A stretch of DNA of 26,818 nt from Candidatus Bathyarchaeia archaeon (lineage in GTDB: Archaea; Thermoproteota; Bathyarchaeia; Bathyarchaeales; Bathycorpusculaceae), in assembly GCA_049512075.1 (NCBI GenBank), contig JBEKXL010000028.1, forward strand, positions 1 through 26,818. The letters run 5' to 3'. Under the pieces are notes generated by a model that had not been told where the DNA came from, made no database searches, and saw only the letters and a list, made by a program, of their open reading frames with translations. Both the position numbers and the translations under genes were made by a program. Shown here piece after piece: positions 8,866 through 18,985 of this stretch. Within the stretch, counting starts at the first letter, position 1. Each line of letters opens with the position of its first letter.

Positions 8866-9636
8866 TTAATGCTTGGAATAACCGGCCGCCAGCAATATTT
8901 CCTTGACTGAAGCAAACGCTGGAGAGTCTGAGGGCAGGTCAAGTAAGGATCTTCCTTCAAGAACGTACTCTTCGACTTTTTCGTCGCGAGTTATCTTGCC
9001 CAGATACTTGAATTTCAAAGCGTTTTCAACATGGCCTCTCAGGTTTTCTGGAAGCCTGTAGCCGCCGACAACGTAGAAGTTCTCGAAGGCTATTTTGACC
9101 TCTTTGGCCACGCGATAGGCCCGTTCAACGTGGTCGATGGATTTCTTGGAAGGGTCGATGACATCGAAAACGTCATTGACTTTTGTCGCGATTCTTCGGT
9201 TCAGGTGCTCTAGGCCGGCTGGCGAATCGATGAGTACGTACTTGTAGTTCTTTGTCAGGGTTTCGAGTGCTCCTTTCAGAGCGGCGTTTGGCAGGCAGTA
9301 GCATCCTTCAACCCATTTTGTTCCGAGGGCGATGAAGTCAAAACTGTCGCCTTCGTACATGCCTCGAGCCCATATCTTGTTTTCAACCCGCTCAGTGGGG
9401 GCAACGCCAACGGTGGTTCCGCCCTCTTCCAGAAAAGTCTCCACGAGCAAGTCTGAGATTGACTTCTTGCCCACTTCTTTCAGGTCTACCCCGACCATTT
9501 CACCCAGATTCTGGTCAGGGTCAGCGTCCACCAGGAGAAGAGGCGAGTCTCCAGCCTCGCTGAAGTGCTTGGCCATCATGGCCACAAAACTCGTCTTTCC
9601 CGTTCCTCCACGGCCGATAGTGACAAGCGTCTTCAA
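8866..9636 (-). CDS. cooC: CooC/AcsF-family Ni-insertion ATPase (MinD/ParA class), copy 2
   Basis: GRGGTGKT, DADPDQNL, EGCYC metal motif and DSPAGLEHLNR. Confidence 0.85.
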   Translation of the reverse strand: MKTLVTIGRGGTGKTSFVAMMAKHFSEAGDSPLLLVDADPDQNLGEMVGVDLKEVGKKSISDLLVETFLEEGGTTVGVAPTERVENKIWARGMYEGDSFDFIALGTKWVEGCYCLPNAALKGALETLTKNYKYVLIDSPAGLEHLNRRIATKVNDVFDVIDPSKKSIDHVERAYRVAKEVKIAFENFYVVGGYRLPENLRGHVENALKFKYLGKITRDEKVEEYVLEGRSLLDLPSDSPAFASVKEILLAAGYSKH

Positions 9637-9679
9637 ATGTTCTTCCTTCTCCTCTGCACAAAGGAGTATTCTTTCAGAT

Positions 9680-10462
9680 TTATGAGTTGTTCTTCGTCGT
9701 GAAGTTCTTGCACAGTCTTTCTATAGCGAGCAGAGCCTTTGAGGTCTCATGTTTGAGCGGGGTCTCGCCTCGCATTTCTGCTTCCACGACCATTTCGTCG
9801 AATGGAATGAAGTCAAGAACCTTTAGGCCGTTTTCTTGAGCATATTTTTTGATGACATCTTTTTGATTTTCATTTGCAATCTTGTTTCCGATTAGAAAAA
9901 CCTGTTTCATTCCGGCGCCAGCGGCTAATGCGTGGATGTGGTTGGCAACTTCCAAGGATTTGCTGTTTGCGTCTGTCACGATGAGCATATAATCTACTTG
10001 TCGCGCTGTCCCTCTGCCCATGTGTTCGCAGCCTGCTTCCATGTCAAGGATGACGGCCTCGTCTCTTTCCACCACCAAGTGACGCATCAATGCCCGGATG
10101 AGTGCGTTTGCTGGACAGGTGCATCCTGAGCCCATAGACTGCACGGTTCCCATTACAATCAAGTTTACTCCAAAGGGGGTCTTCACTGAGAAGTCGCGGA
10201 CAACGTCATCTACGCTGAAAGATAGGCGAAAAATACCCGAGTATCCCGTGCTCGTTTTGGACTCAATCAGGCTCTTGTTCTCAGAGAGAGGCACGATTTT
10301 GCGGGCTTCCTCTGGAGACAGGCCCAGAGTCAAGGCAAGGTTCGGCGATGGATCAGCGTCAATGGCTATGGTGCTTAATCCGGTTCTGGCAAAGGAGAAA
10401 GCTAGACCTCCAGCCAGCAGGGTCTTTCCAACACCTCCCTTCCCCGCAACTGAAATCTTCAG
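9680..10462 (-). CDS. cooC: CooC-family Ni-insertion ATPase, copy 1, probable CTG start
   Basis: The frame extends upstream of the ORF-track start as CTG-KISVAGKGGVGKT...IDADPSPNLA, with SD-like GGTGG before the CTG at 10462. Also GSGCTCP and DMEAGCEHMGRG. Confidence 0.87.
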   Translation of the reverse strand: MKISVAGKGGVGKTLLAGGLAFSFARTGLSTIAIDADPSPNLALTLGLSPEEARKIVPLSENKSLIESKTSTGYSGIFRLSFSVDDVVRDFSVKTPFGVNLIVMGTVQSMGSGCTCPANALIRALMRHLVVERDEAVILDMEAGCEHMGRGTARQVDYMLIVTDANSKSLEVANHIHALAAGAGMKQVFLIGNKIANENQKDVIKKYAQENGLKVLDFIPFDEMVVEAEMRGETPLKHETSKALLAIERLCKNFTTKNNS

Positions 10463-10664
10463 TTTACAGTCCCACCAAGTTCTTCTATGCAGATAGACGA
10501 AGCATCTTCCTATTACGTTTTCTCAAGCACGCGCCAAAATACGTGTATGCTTTGTTATAATAGCTCCGTCTTGACGATAGATTCTTATTGAGAATTCATA
10601 ACGTATTTACTGTCCGTGCGGCACTTTTTCATATTGCGCAAACACAGTCATCGCGCGTTATTCC

Positions 10665-11081
10665 ATGGAAAAGGCGTTGAACTTGTCTGAAGCGGCGAGG
10701 ATTGCACTTCTTCAAGAAATGATGAGGGATGCGAAGCGAAACGAGAGAGGCGGTCTTCTAGCCTGTCTTGTCGGTGTGGTTGTGTCGGTTGCTGGCTTTT
10801 CAACCATTCCGCTCGCGAGAAACTCTCTCGAGCTGGGGGTTGTCGGGCTGGTGATTGCTGCGGTGGGATTCGTCGTGTATCTCCATTACGCACGTTTATA
10901 CTCTAGATTCGTGGGGCAGTTGGCGAAGATTGCATTCAAGAGTGCAGCGCCGTGTCCGCAATGTGGGAAAGAACTGCCAGAAGGTGAATTTGGCTTTTGT
11001 CCTTTCTGCGGATCCTCTCTCAAATCTGAGGGCGTCATACAACAAGAGTTCTTGGAAAAGGACGCGACTACGTTGTCTTGA
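10665..11081 (+). CDS. Two-TM membrane protein with C-terminal zinc ribbon
   Basis: Two hydrophobic segments, then CPQCG...FCPFCG. Confidence 0.8.
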   Translation: MEKALNLSEAARIALLQEMMRDAKRNERGGLLACLVGVVVSVAGFSTIPLARNSLELGVVGLVIAAVGFVVYLHYARLYSRFVGQLAKIAFKSAAPCPQCGKELPEGEFGFCPFCGSSLKSEGVIQQEFLEKDATTLS

Positions 11082-11145
11082 TTTCTTGCGCCCGCTAAGA
11101 GAAAATGTCAAGCGAGGAAAAGATGCGCGCTTCTGCAAAGTGCCT

Positions 11146-11340
11146 CTATATTTCTCGGATTTCGCATTGGAGTTTCTTGATTATTTCCTCAGCCTTCAAC
11201 GGCTCAACTTTTAAAGTGTAAAGCTTGCCTGGTGTCCGAAGCTTCAGTTTCACGACGCCCTGCAATCTTTTCACTGCACAGTATTCAGCGTTTCCACTGA
11301 TTTCGACGAATCTTTCAGGATCAGAGATTTCTGAAGGCAT
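11146..11340 (-). CDS. rpl38e: 50S ribosomal protein L38e (eL38)
   Basis: 64 aa; MP.EI.D...F, then VKR...VKLKLRT...LYTLK, matching eL38. Confidence 0.85.
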   Translation of the reverse strand: MPSEISDPERFVEISGNAEYCAVKRLQGVVKLKLRTPGKLYTLKVEPLKAEEIIKKLQCEIREI

Positions 11341-11536
11341 ACCAATTCACGCTCGTTTAGCGCATTCATGGTTCATGCTCAAGTTCTTATCTGTTTTGGT
11401 AGCGCGTGCTAAACGGAGCGCGCGCGATCTTGCTTCTACAGCCAGAAAAAGGAGACCCGAGTGAAGGAAGTATTGAAAGGCTATTAAGGACTAGTGCAAT
11501 ATCGAGATTCATTAAGAAGTCGGGCTGTGAGGCAAA

Positions 11537-11968
11537 ATGGGCATCTTCAATCCACTGTTTCTTGCAGACTTGAATCTGATACTTCAAGCCATCATCCTTG
11601 TTGTCCTCGGTTTGGCAATATACGCCAGGCTTAAGCATAGCATAGTGAAACATGCCATGTTGATGGGCAGCGGCATCGTGTTGCACACAGTTGCGATAGT
11701 TGCCATTATGGTTCCTTCCTTGCTAAGCATGGGCGTCCTCTTGAGGAACCTGCTGACGGGTTTTGCTTTGTTAACGATAGTACATGCTACGGTAGGGAGC
11801 TTCGTAGAACTCATGGGGATCTGGCTCGTTGCAACATGGCTTTCGAACACGGCCAGCGTTGAAAAATGCTTCAAAAGGAAGAACGTTATGAGAGTCACGA
11901 TAGCCCTTTGGCTGACGGAACTGATCCTAGGGATATACGTTTACATGATGCTATATCTCCCTGCCTAG
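11537..11968 (+). CDS. Four-TM membrane protein, DUF420-like (His-containing helices)
   Basis: Four hydrophobic helices with conserved-looking His residues (KHAMLM, LHT, VHATVG) and C-terminal LW...LGIYVY. Confidence 0.6.
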   Translation: MGIFNPLFLADLNLILQAIILVVLGLAIYARLKHSIVKHAMLMGSGIVLHTVAIVAIMVPSLLSMGVLLRNLLTGFALLTIVHATVGSFVELMGIWLVATWLSNTASVEKCFKRKNVMRVTIALWLTELILGIYVYMMLYLPA

Positions 11969-12038
11969 CGTGCGTTGTGGTCAAAGGGAATAAAGGACAA
12001 GTTCTGCGAGATGCCTCCACTGGGTGGCGCCAGCTTGT

Positions 12039-12677
12039 CTAAGCTGTCTTTGATGGCGGACTTGACGCAGTGGGCTGTGACGTCGCTGGCGTGGCTGGTT
12101 CTCTAATGGAGAAGAATGCCACAGCGACCAGTATCCAAGCACTGAAAACTATGATTAGACCTACGAGAATTATTGTGAGAGCTGCACCTATGAGCAGAAG
12201 TAACCCTGCAGTGTCGAACATTTTTTCTCCAGATTTGTCTGCGAGCGAGTCCAAGGCTCTCCTGCAGTATACGGCTTCAAGCACGTAGAAGATGAACACG
12301 ACGAGCAAAGTCAGAATTATGGCTCCAAGGATTCCCGAGAAGCTTCCTACCTCAAAGAACCAGCCGAAAAGCAGCGTTATCACAACGGATGCGACAGCAA
12401 CAACGCCTATTATACCGAATATGAAGCCGTAGAGCGCGTTTCTGTATATGCCATCGTCTCTGTAGTGTTCTGCCAAGTTCTTCATGCCGATGAGCACGAG
12501 TATTATGCCTACAAGACCCAGAACACCGCTGATGGCGCTCGGAAATGTTAACTCTGAGGCTCCAAGGCATATCGAATAGGTCAACGCGATCTCTCCAAAT
12601 GAACCGACTGCCAGCAAGATGGCGCCTATGCCGCCCAAGGTTTTTCCTGTTTTCAGTCTTCCTGGTTCTGAAATCAT
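12039..12677 (-). CDS. DUF996 family membrane protein
   Basis: KTLGGIGAIL, G.K.LA..Y.D..IY.NAL, LA.KSGE.MF.TAG.L.LIGA.L and AFFSI, with a Pro/Ser/Thr-rich tail. Confidence 0.8.
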   Translation of the reverse strand: MISEPGRLKTGKTLGGIGAILLAVGSFGEIALTYSICLGASELTFPSAISGVLGLVGIILVLIGMKNLAEHYRDDGIYRNALYGFIFGIIGVVAVASVVITLLFGWFFEVGSFSGILGAIILTLLVVFIFYVLEAVYCRRALDSLADKSGEKMFDTAGLLLLIGAALTIILVGLIIVFSAWILVAVAFFSIREPATPATSQPTASSPPSKTA

Positions 12678-12925
12678 TCTTGTGCCTCTCTAACCCGTTT
12701 GATTTATCACACGATAAAAGTCTTTCAGAATTTTGAACCAAATGCACGTGATGTCTTCATAAGAGTCTCTTTTCAGAGGCATTTTGATAACCCCGGTCCA
12801 TTTGCATATCTGATGCGAAAGCCGAGAGACAGTTTTGTCAATACCAAAGACAAAAAACAATGATTGGTTGGCGCTGCGCAACACAGATAAAAGGCCTGTT
12901 CGAACTATTTGTCTTAGTGAACTGA

Positions 12926-13864
12926 ATGGATCTTCGACGTTTGGAGTTTACTCTTACTACGAAGTGTAACTCGCAGTGCGTGTACTGTCAGGCGAGCGCG
13001 GGGCCGTGGCGGAATGAAGTGATGGACGTTAGGGAAGCTTACAATTATCTCACTGAGGCTGTGAAGGCCGCGGATCTCGAGTCCTCTTTAGTGTTCGGCG
13101 GAGAACCCATGCTTTATCCAGCTCGCGCGACTGCCATATTCAAGAAAGCTCAGCAGATGAACATTCCGATAATCGAGATGCTAACAAACGGGGTTTGGGG
13201 CAAAGACAAGAAAAGAGCCGAGAGATTGGCGAAGAGACTGAAGAGTGCAGGACTTAACACTATGGGCATAAGTGTCGACGCCTTTCACCTCGAATATATC
13301 CCGCTGGAATATCCGCGAAACGCCGCGCTGGCTTCGTATAAGGCAGGCATTGAAAAAGTCACGTGGAACGTTGCCGTCATCGAATCATTAAACGCCGCAA
13401 ACCATTATGACAAGATGACCGCACACATACTGAAAGAGCTGGAACCAGTAGGAATCGAAGCACACGTACACAAGGTCGCGGCAGCCGGACGCGCATTAGA
13501 GGCGATACCGCAGTATTTCCGGAAGACCCAGTTGGAAGGCCCATGCAAAGGCGAAACACCGATGGAGAACACACTCACAAATCCACAATACCTGACCATT
13601 GAACCGTCAGGCTCGGTGGATGTCTGCTGGCACCTGTCCATCGGAAACGCAAAGGAAACACCGCTAGGCCGCATCATAAACGATTATGATTGGCAAAGAA
13701 AACCTCTGATTAAGACTCTAGTAGAAGAAGGACCGATGGGGCTGTTGAAGCTTCAGAAAACACTCATTGGCCCTTTCAACAAAAGTGAATACATCAACAA
13801 GTGTCATCTGTGCGTGGAAGTCAGGAAGCGTTTGAACCCTCGCGAACAACTTGAGACTAGCTAA
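12926..13864 (+). CDS. Radical SAM protein with C-terminal Cys-containing (SPASM/twitch-like) region
   Basis: CNSQCVYC, GGEP, TNG.W, ISVD.FH, G.V.VC and C-terminal CHLC. Confidence 0.9.
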   Translation: MDLRRLEFTLTTKCNSQCVYCQASAGPWRNEVMDVREAYNYLTEAVKAADLESSLVFGGEPMLYPARATAIFKKAQQMNIPIIEMLTNGVWGKDKKRAERLAKRLKSAGLNTMGISVDAFHLEYIPLEYPRNAALASYKAGIEKVTWNVAVIESLNAANHYDKMTAHILKELEPVGIEAHVHKVAAAGRALEAIPQYFRKTQLEGPCKGETPMENTLTNPQYLTIEPSGSVDVCWHLSIGNAKETPLGRIINDYDWQRKPLIKTLVEEGPMGLLKLQKTLIGPFNKSEYINKCHLCVEVRKRLNPREQLETS

Positions 13865-13936
13865 TATGACCATCCCTTGACTGGTACTGTAAGTCTTTGA
13901 CCCACCGAACTTTCGAGCGCGCGCGCTGGTGAGGCT

Positions 13937-14062
13937 GTGTATGAAAGGCGGAAGTGCAAACGATGTGGGACAAAACTGAGGCGTACGCTTGTAACGAATT
14001 CAGACGGGACACTTTCCTGTGTCGGTTGGGAGCCTGACACTGAAGAGACTGACGAAGAGTAG
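13937..14062 (+). CDS. Possible small CxxC protein or gene remnant (41 aa)
   Basis: GTG after GGTGAGG; reads MYERRKCKRCGTKLRRTLVTNSDGTLSCVGWEPDTEETDEE*. Confidence 0.35.
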   Translation: MYERRKCKRCGTKLRRTLVTNSDGTLSCVGWEPDTEETDEE

Positions 14063-14308
14063 CCTACACATCTGGCCCTGACACTGAATAACAACAATAG
14101 CGCGCGCGGTTAAAAGCGACAAGATATCAAAAAACAAGCTTGAAGAAATACTATCATCCACAGTAAGCGGAACATGAAACTAGTACGCGACACGCGCAGG
14201 CCTACCGCAATCCGCCTCCGCAATGCTGGCAATCAGGGTCTACAAGAGAAACAGTTCAGGGCAGGTTCGATAGTCGATATTAGCACGCGCTGATCTCTTG
14301 CTTTGGGT

Positions 14309-17194
14309 TCAAACTCGGGGTCTGTTGGCGTTATCTTCCTTTGCCAGTTGTATCGTTTCTGGAAGGTTCACCCAAACATCCTTGGTTTCCTCGGTTCCAA
14401 GTTCAATCGGAACGTCTATCCTAAAGATGGTTCCTTTTCCAACGGTGCTTTCTACAGAGATAGTGCCCCTGTGTGCCTCCACTATTCTTTTGCATATGGG
14501 CAAACCGAACCCCATGCCTTTTGCCTTTGTGGTGAAGAGTGGCGTCCACAGTTTCCCCAGCGCTTCCTTGCTCATTCCAGTTCCAGTATCTGTGAAACTG
14601 AAGGACACGCGCTTCTCTATCTCTTCACTTCTAATTGCTAATACTCCGCCTTTGGGCATAGCGTCGAAAGCGTTTTTGATTATGTTGATGAAGACTCTTT
14701 TCATTTTTGGCACGTCAGCCCTCATTCTTGGCGTGTCTTCAGTTTCGTCTCGCACTTGGATGTTTTGAGGAATCTCCAAGCTGGAATACACCTCTTTCAA
14801 CATTGATTTTGGTGTAGTTTCAGCCAATTCCAGTCCTATCTCCCTTGAGTAATCCAGCAAATCGCTGATGATTTTGTTTGAATACTCTATAGCTTTCTCG
14901 ATGATCTCCAGCATTTCCTTGCCTTTTTCATCAATCTTGGAACCATTTTTTGCTTTCAAATAATATGCGGCTCCTGCAATGCCGGTCAGCGGGTTGCGCA
15001 GATCATGACCAACCATTCCGGCCAACTCACCAATCGCAGCTAGTCTCTCAGATTTCAACAGTTTTCTCTGAGCATCAACTAAATCCCGTGTTCTTTCTTC
15101 CACTTTTGCCTCAAGCTGCCCAGCATGTTTTCGGATTTGAGCATTAGCATCATTCAACTGTTTGATTAACCGAGCATTTTCGATTGCCACTGCAGCCTGA
15201 TGCAGGAACAACTCCAACGGCGCCAAGGATTCCCTGGTCGGTCGCCTGCCGTCAATAGGATCGTCCATACTAACTACAGCGACAATGCGTCCATCTGCCA
15301 ATTGAAGTGGAGCGTAAAGCAAGTCATCAAGGTTCCAATCAACCATCTCTTCGGGCTTCAGGTGGCTTAACACAACTCCTTTGCTGAACTTCTCTTTGAC
15401 TAAAGGATCGCTATAGGGCAGATAGTAGAACTCTCCGACTTTGAAACGTTCAAACTCGGGCCCAAAACGTTCTCGCCAAACTTTTCCAGATTGACGGTTG
15501 GTCCAAAGGAACTCCTGTTCTTTCTGTGCCAACCCGGCGGTCACAAGATCATCGGGTTCTGAAATGTCTAGCTGCTCGTTTCTCACCGAGAGTACGACTC
15601 TTCGCCAACCAAGACCATGAGTCGCATCTACAATCGCTTGAAGACGCTGACGCAATTCTGTGGAGTGAATCATCGCTGCAGAACTCCGCATCAATGATCT
15701 TTGTTGGTCAACCGCGCGCGCAAGCTTCTCCTCCAACCGCTTTCTCTCGGTAATGTCAATGAAGCTTTCAACCAGCTGCATCTCACCACCTATCTCTGCA
15801 GCAACAACAGTCTTGATCACTGGGATGGCTTGCCCGGTGGCAGTCAGCAACTTTCCCTCTGAATTATCAACCGTCTGCCGAAGGTCTGTGATTGGACAAT
15901 GTCCTTGTTCCGCTAGACAGATGAATTTGTGACAAATCGCCCCGACGATATGGTCTCTTGTTCCACCAAGCATTCCCACCGCAGTCTTGTTCGCTTCACG
16001 GATCGTGTGAGTTACTGGATCAATCACAATGATTCCCGTTTGCGCGGAGTTCAACAAAGTCTTCAGACTATCTTCACTTTTCTTCAGATCAGTAGTTCTC
16101 TCTTCCACCTTGGCTTCCAGCTGCGCCGAATATTCCTCGAGTTTCCTTTCCATCTCTTTCTTTTCTGTGATATCTCGAAGGAGAGTTTCACATCCGACAA
16201 TCTTTCCACCCTGTCTCACGGGGTTGCTCGCATATTCCACAGTGAGTTTTCCTTTCGAAGTGATAATTTCTGTTTCGCCCTCAGCGTTTTTCCCACGAAT
16301 AACGCTAATATGCTCCTTGAACACTCTAAGTCGGTTTCTTCTGGGAATAAACTTGAGCATGCTTTTTCCGACAATATCTTTTTTTTCTAGACCAAACTCT
16401 TCGACGAATCTATTCACATAGGTGACGGTTCCCTTTCTATTCATTCTGAGCATGAGAAATCTGGCGTCTTCACACAGACTCTTGTATCTTTCTTCAGATG
16501 CTTCAAGCTCCTCGAAGGCCCTCTTCTGTGTTTGCTTCAGATCTTCTCGGGTTTTCTCCAATTCACCCTGCAACATGAAAAAAGAGGCCATGTCACCGGC
16601 AATCCGGTCCTTGGTTACAGTGAACATCAGAGCGGTGAACACCATCCCAAAGAGAGTGAGCAAAACAGTAATCTCCTCTACCAAACCAATGTCCAGGGCG
16701 ATCCATGAAAAAATGAAACAAGAAAAAGCCAAGAAGAACATTAGATCAGAATTGTCTCGTCTTTTTATGAACAGATATATTGAAGCCGGAAGAGATAGCA
16801 TTGCGAATGCACTAAACAAGGGTATGCGAAAAACCTCGGCCGTGCTAGGAAAAACCAGAAAAACGATGGATGCGCCTAAGATGAAAAGAAAGCATTTGAA
16901 AGGCCGGTCGAAGCTTTTGAGTTTCAATAAACTGGACATGATCGCGATCGAAGCTGCGGCAGTTACTGGGACAAAAGACCACTTGTAATTGTTATCCCAT
17001 ATGGTAGGAACGCCAAATCTCTGAAGCATCAGATTGGAATAGCCAACAGACGCAAACGCGAAGCACAGCATGAACATGATCTTGCGTTTGTCTCCATCCT
17101 TGCGCGACAAATATAGGAGAAACACAGAAAGAACTACCGTGACAGCAAAGGGGACCGTCCAGAACAAGGCTCTCAACAACTCGTCCAAGTACAT
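14309..17194 (-). CDS. Membrane-anchored PAS-PAS-GAF sensor histidine kinase
   Basis: About 7 N-terminal TM helices, two PAS/PAC modules ending in DITE, a GAF region ending AAVAIENARL, H-box HDLRNPL, N-box NAFDAM, DTGTGM, PLFTTK and GMGFGL. Confidence 0.93.
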   Translation of the reverse strand: MYLDELLRALFWTVPFAVTVVLSVFLLYLSRKDGDKRKIMFMLCFAFASVGYSNLMLQRFGVPTIWDNNYKWSFVPVTAAASIAIMSSLLKLKSFDRPFKCFLFILGASIVFLVFPSTAEVFRIPLFSAFAMLSLPASIYLFIKRRDNSDLMFFLAFSCFIFSWIALDIGLVEEITVLLTLFGMVFTALMFTVTKDRIAGDMASFFMLQGELEKTREDLKQTQKRAFEELEASEERYKSLCEDARFLMLRMNRKGTVTYVNRFVEEFGLEKKDIVGKSMLKFIPRRNRLRVFKEHISVIRGKNAEGETEIITSKGKLTVEYASNPVRQGGKIVGCETLLRDITEKKEMERKLEEYSAQLEAKVEERTTDLKKSEDSLKTLLNSAQTGIIVIDPVTHTIREANKTAVGMLGGTRDHIVGAICHKFICLAEQGHCPITDLRQTVDNSEGKLLTATGQAIPVIKTVVAAEIGGEMQLVESFIDITERKRLEEKLARAVDQQRSLMRSSAAMIHSTELRQRLQAIVDATHGLGWRRVVLSVRNEQLDISEPDDLVTAGLAQKEQEFLWTNRQSGKVWRERFGPEFERFKVGEFYYLPYSDPLVKEKFSKGVVLSHLKPEEMVDWNLDDLLYAPLQLADGRIVAVVSMDDPIDGRRPTRESLAPLELFLHQAAVAIENARLIKQLNDANAQIRKHAGQLEAKVEERTRDLVDAQRKLLKSERLAAIGELAGMVGHDLRNPLTGIAGAAYYLKAKNGSKIDEKGKEMLEIIEKAIEYSNKIISDLLDYSREIGLELAETTPKSMLKEVYSSLEIPQNIQVRDETEDTPRMRADVPKMKRVFINIIKNAFDAMPKGGVLAIRSEEIEKRVSFSFTDTGTGMSKEALGKLWTPLFTTKAKGMGFGLPICKRIVEAHRGTISVESTVGKGTIFRIDVPIELGTEETKDVWVNLPETIQLAKEDNANRPRV

Positions 17195-17528
17195 TTTTCG
17201 CGAATACTCCGTTAGGCAAGTCCAACTTCAAGCGTTACAAAGAACGAAAGAAATTCTATTTAAGAGCTGTGAATCCGAAATACATAGCTTCACAGGTTAG
17301 CATTTGATTCAAACGCACGCTCGCGCGAATCCGTCATGACATGAGGTTCCATGCCGCGGGCTATCTTGAACTGGATGTCCAAGGAAGAGGCGCAAGCCGC
17401 AAGCCGTGCCGAGCTCAGGGTTGGCGGCGCGCGCTTCCTCATGCTGATTGGTGGCATAATATTGCACGCAGTTCTGGCTCGGAAGATAGCTTGTTGAAAA
17501 CCACACCAAGAACGATGTACAACGCCTG

Positions 17529-17612
17529 CTATTTTCGTCTCCTAGAAATCATCACATTTTCATGGTTGCAGACACATTCAAATCCAGCCTCAATAAGTCT
17601 CTTAGCTTCCAT
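17529..17612 (-). pseudogene. C-terminal stub resembling the tail of archaeal tyrosine integrases
   Basis: Reads MEAKRLIEAGFECVCNHENVMISRRRK*. This resembles the EA..LIE.GFEYVC....V.IFRKRK tail I recall from Bathyarchaeia integrases; no catalytic domain is present upstream. Confidence 0.55.
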
Positions 17613-17899
17613 CAATACTACTATCGCGCGCGAATATGTCCAGTATATGGAAAATCGATGGAGATATAGCAGGGAGATACAGGGCTCAGCTTATTATGTT
17701 TAAAAACCGAATTTAGGAACGCGCATGCGCGCTACGGCTGACTGAGAAGAAGCGGCTACATGATTAGCGCGTGCTAAGCTATAGATTCCTACAGTCGAAA
17801 ACAACACTAGGGTAGACGAAGACTTGGACTTTGGATATTAATCGAGACTTCACAAGATTTAACTTTCTTTCCATCATAGAACCTTCAAGGGAACTTTAC

Positions 17900-18421
17900 A
17901 TGTCAATTCGAATGCGCGATGTCATGGTGAGGAAAGTGATAACGACGAAGAGAGACTCGACAGTGGAAGAAGCCGTTGAGCTGATGAATGAACATGAGAT
18001 AGGGTGCCTGATCGTTGCTGATAACAATGAGCCTATAGGAATACTTACGGAGCGAGATCTTCTGAAGAGAATTCTGGCCAAGTCCGAAGATCTCAAGAGA
18101 ATAAAAGTTGAGGAAGTGATGTCAACGCCCTTGATATCTGTGGGACCTAATGTCCAAATTGGAGATGCATCAAGACTAATGTTCCAGAAGAACATCAAGA
18201 AGATGCCGATCATAAAAGAAGGCGAGCTACTTGGCTTAGTAACGCTGACAGATATTCTTCGAATTCAACCCCAACTCATCAAAATGTACAAAATATTCAG
18301 CGCAGGGCTCGCTCCGCGACGAATCAAAAAAGTGTTTGACTACTATCTGCTCGTTGACGCCAAAATCGACATTCAGACAACATCGGTAAATCTCAGCTCC
18401 AAGAAAGTTGAAACAATGTAG
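17900..18421 (+). CDS. CBS-domain pair protein
   Basis: RDVM..KVIT...TVEEA..LM....IG.LIV...GILTERDL and a second repeat ending GLVTLTDI. ATG at 17900 preferred as start. Confidence 0.9.
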   Translation: MSIRMRDVMVRKVITTKRDSTVEEAVELMNEHEIGCLIVADNNEPIGILTERDLLKRILAKSEDLKRIKVEEVMSTPLISVGPNVQIGDASRLMFQKNIKKMPIIKEGELLGLVTLTDILRIQPQLIKMYKIFSAGLAPRRIKKVFDYYLLVDAKIDIQTTSVNLSSKKVETM

Positions 18422-18985
18422 TCGGAAACACATTTGAAAGGCTTCTATCAAGCTCTGCTTTTGCTTTAGATGCGCGCGCGTCGAACAATCAAGGGTTTAA
18501 ATTTCTTCAATTGAAAGAACATAAAGCCTCGCCACGTTTGCAGGGCCTTGGTTTTCATCTTTTTCGAGCACAAACCCATCTTTTTCAATCGTGTCAACTG
18601 AAAAAAGAACCAAATGTTTCAAGAGGCTAAGTATTATTGGATGAGTGGGGTGGATGGCGGATCTCCTTCTCCTATCCCTTCTACCGTCCTCCTCATGAAA
18701 CTACGCGCGCTACTCCCATTAAACATAGGAGTAAACTGAGGGCATATCCAGACTTTTGCCTACGGAGAACCTTCATTCTGAATTCTCCGCTTCACATCTG
18801 CCAATTCTGTTTTAATAGATTTATGAAGTCTGCGTACAAACAATCAGTCCACATTTTACAATCTTCACACGAGTGCTAGCGCGTGCGCGCTGTCTTTTTA
18901 CCCAATTCGTACGTTAGTGCAAAGATGGCTTGACGCGGAAGCGGAAGCATTCGCTAAATGTCTCTTTTGGAATGCGGGTCCCTAT

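Noticed and set aside
15713-15721. GC run inside the histidine kinase as a functional family member
   Set aside because: Explained by Ala-Arg-Ala codons and lacks the TA flanks.
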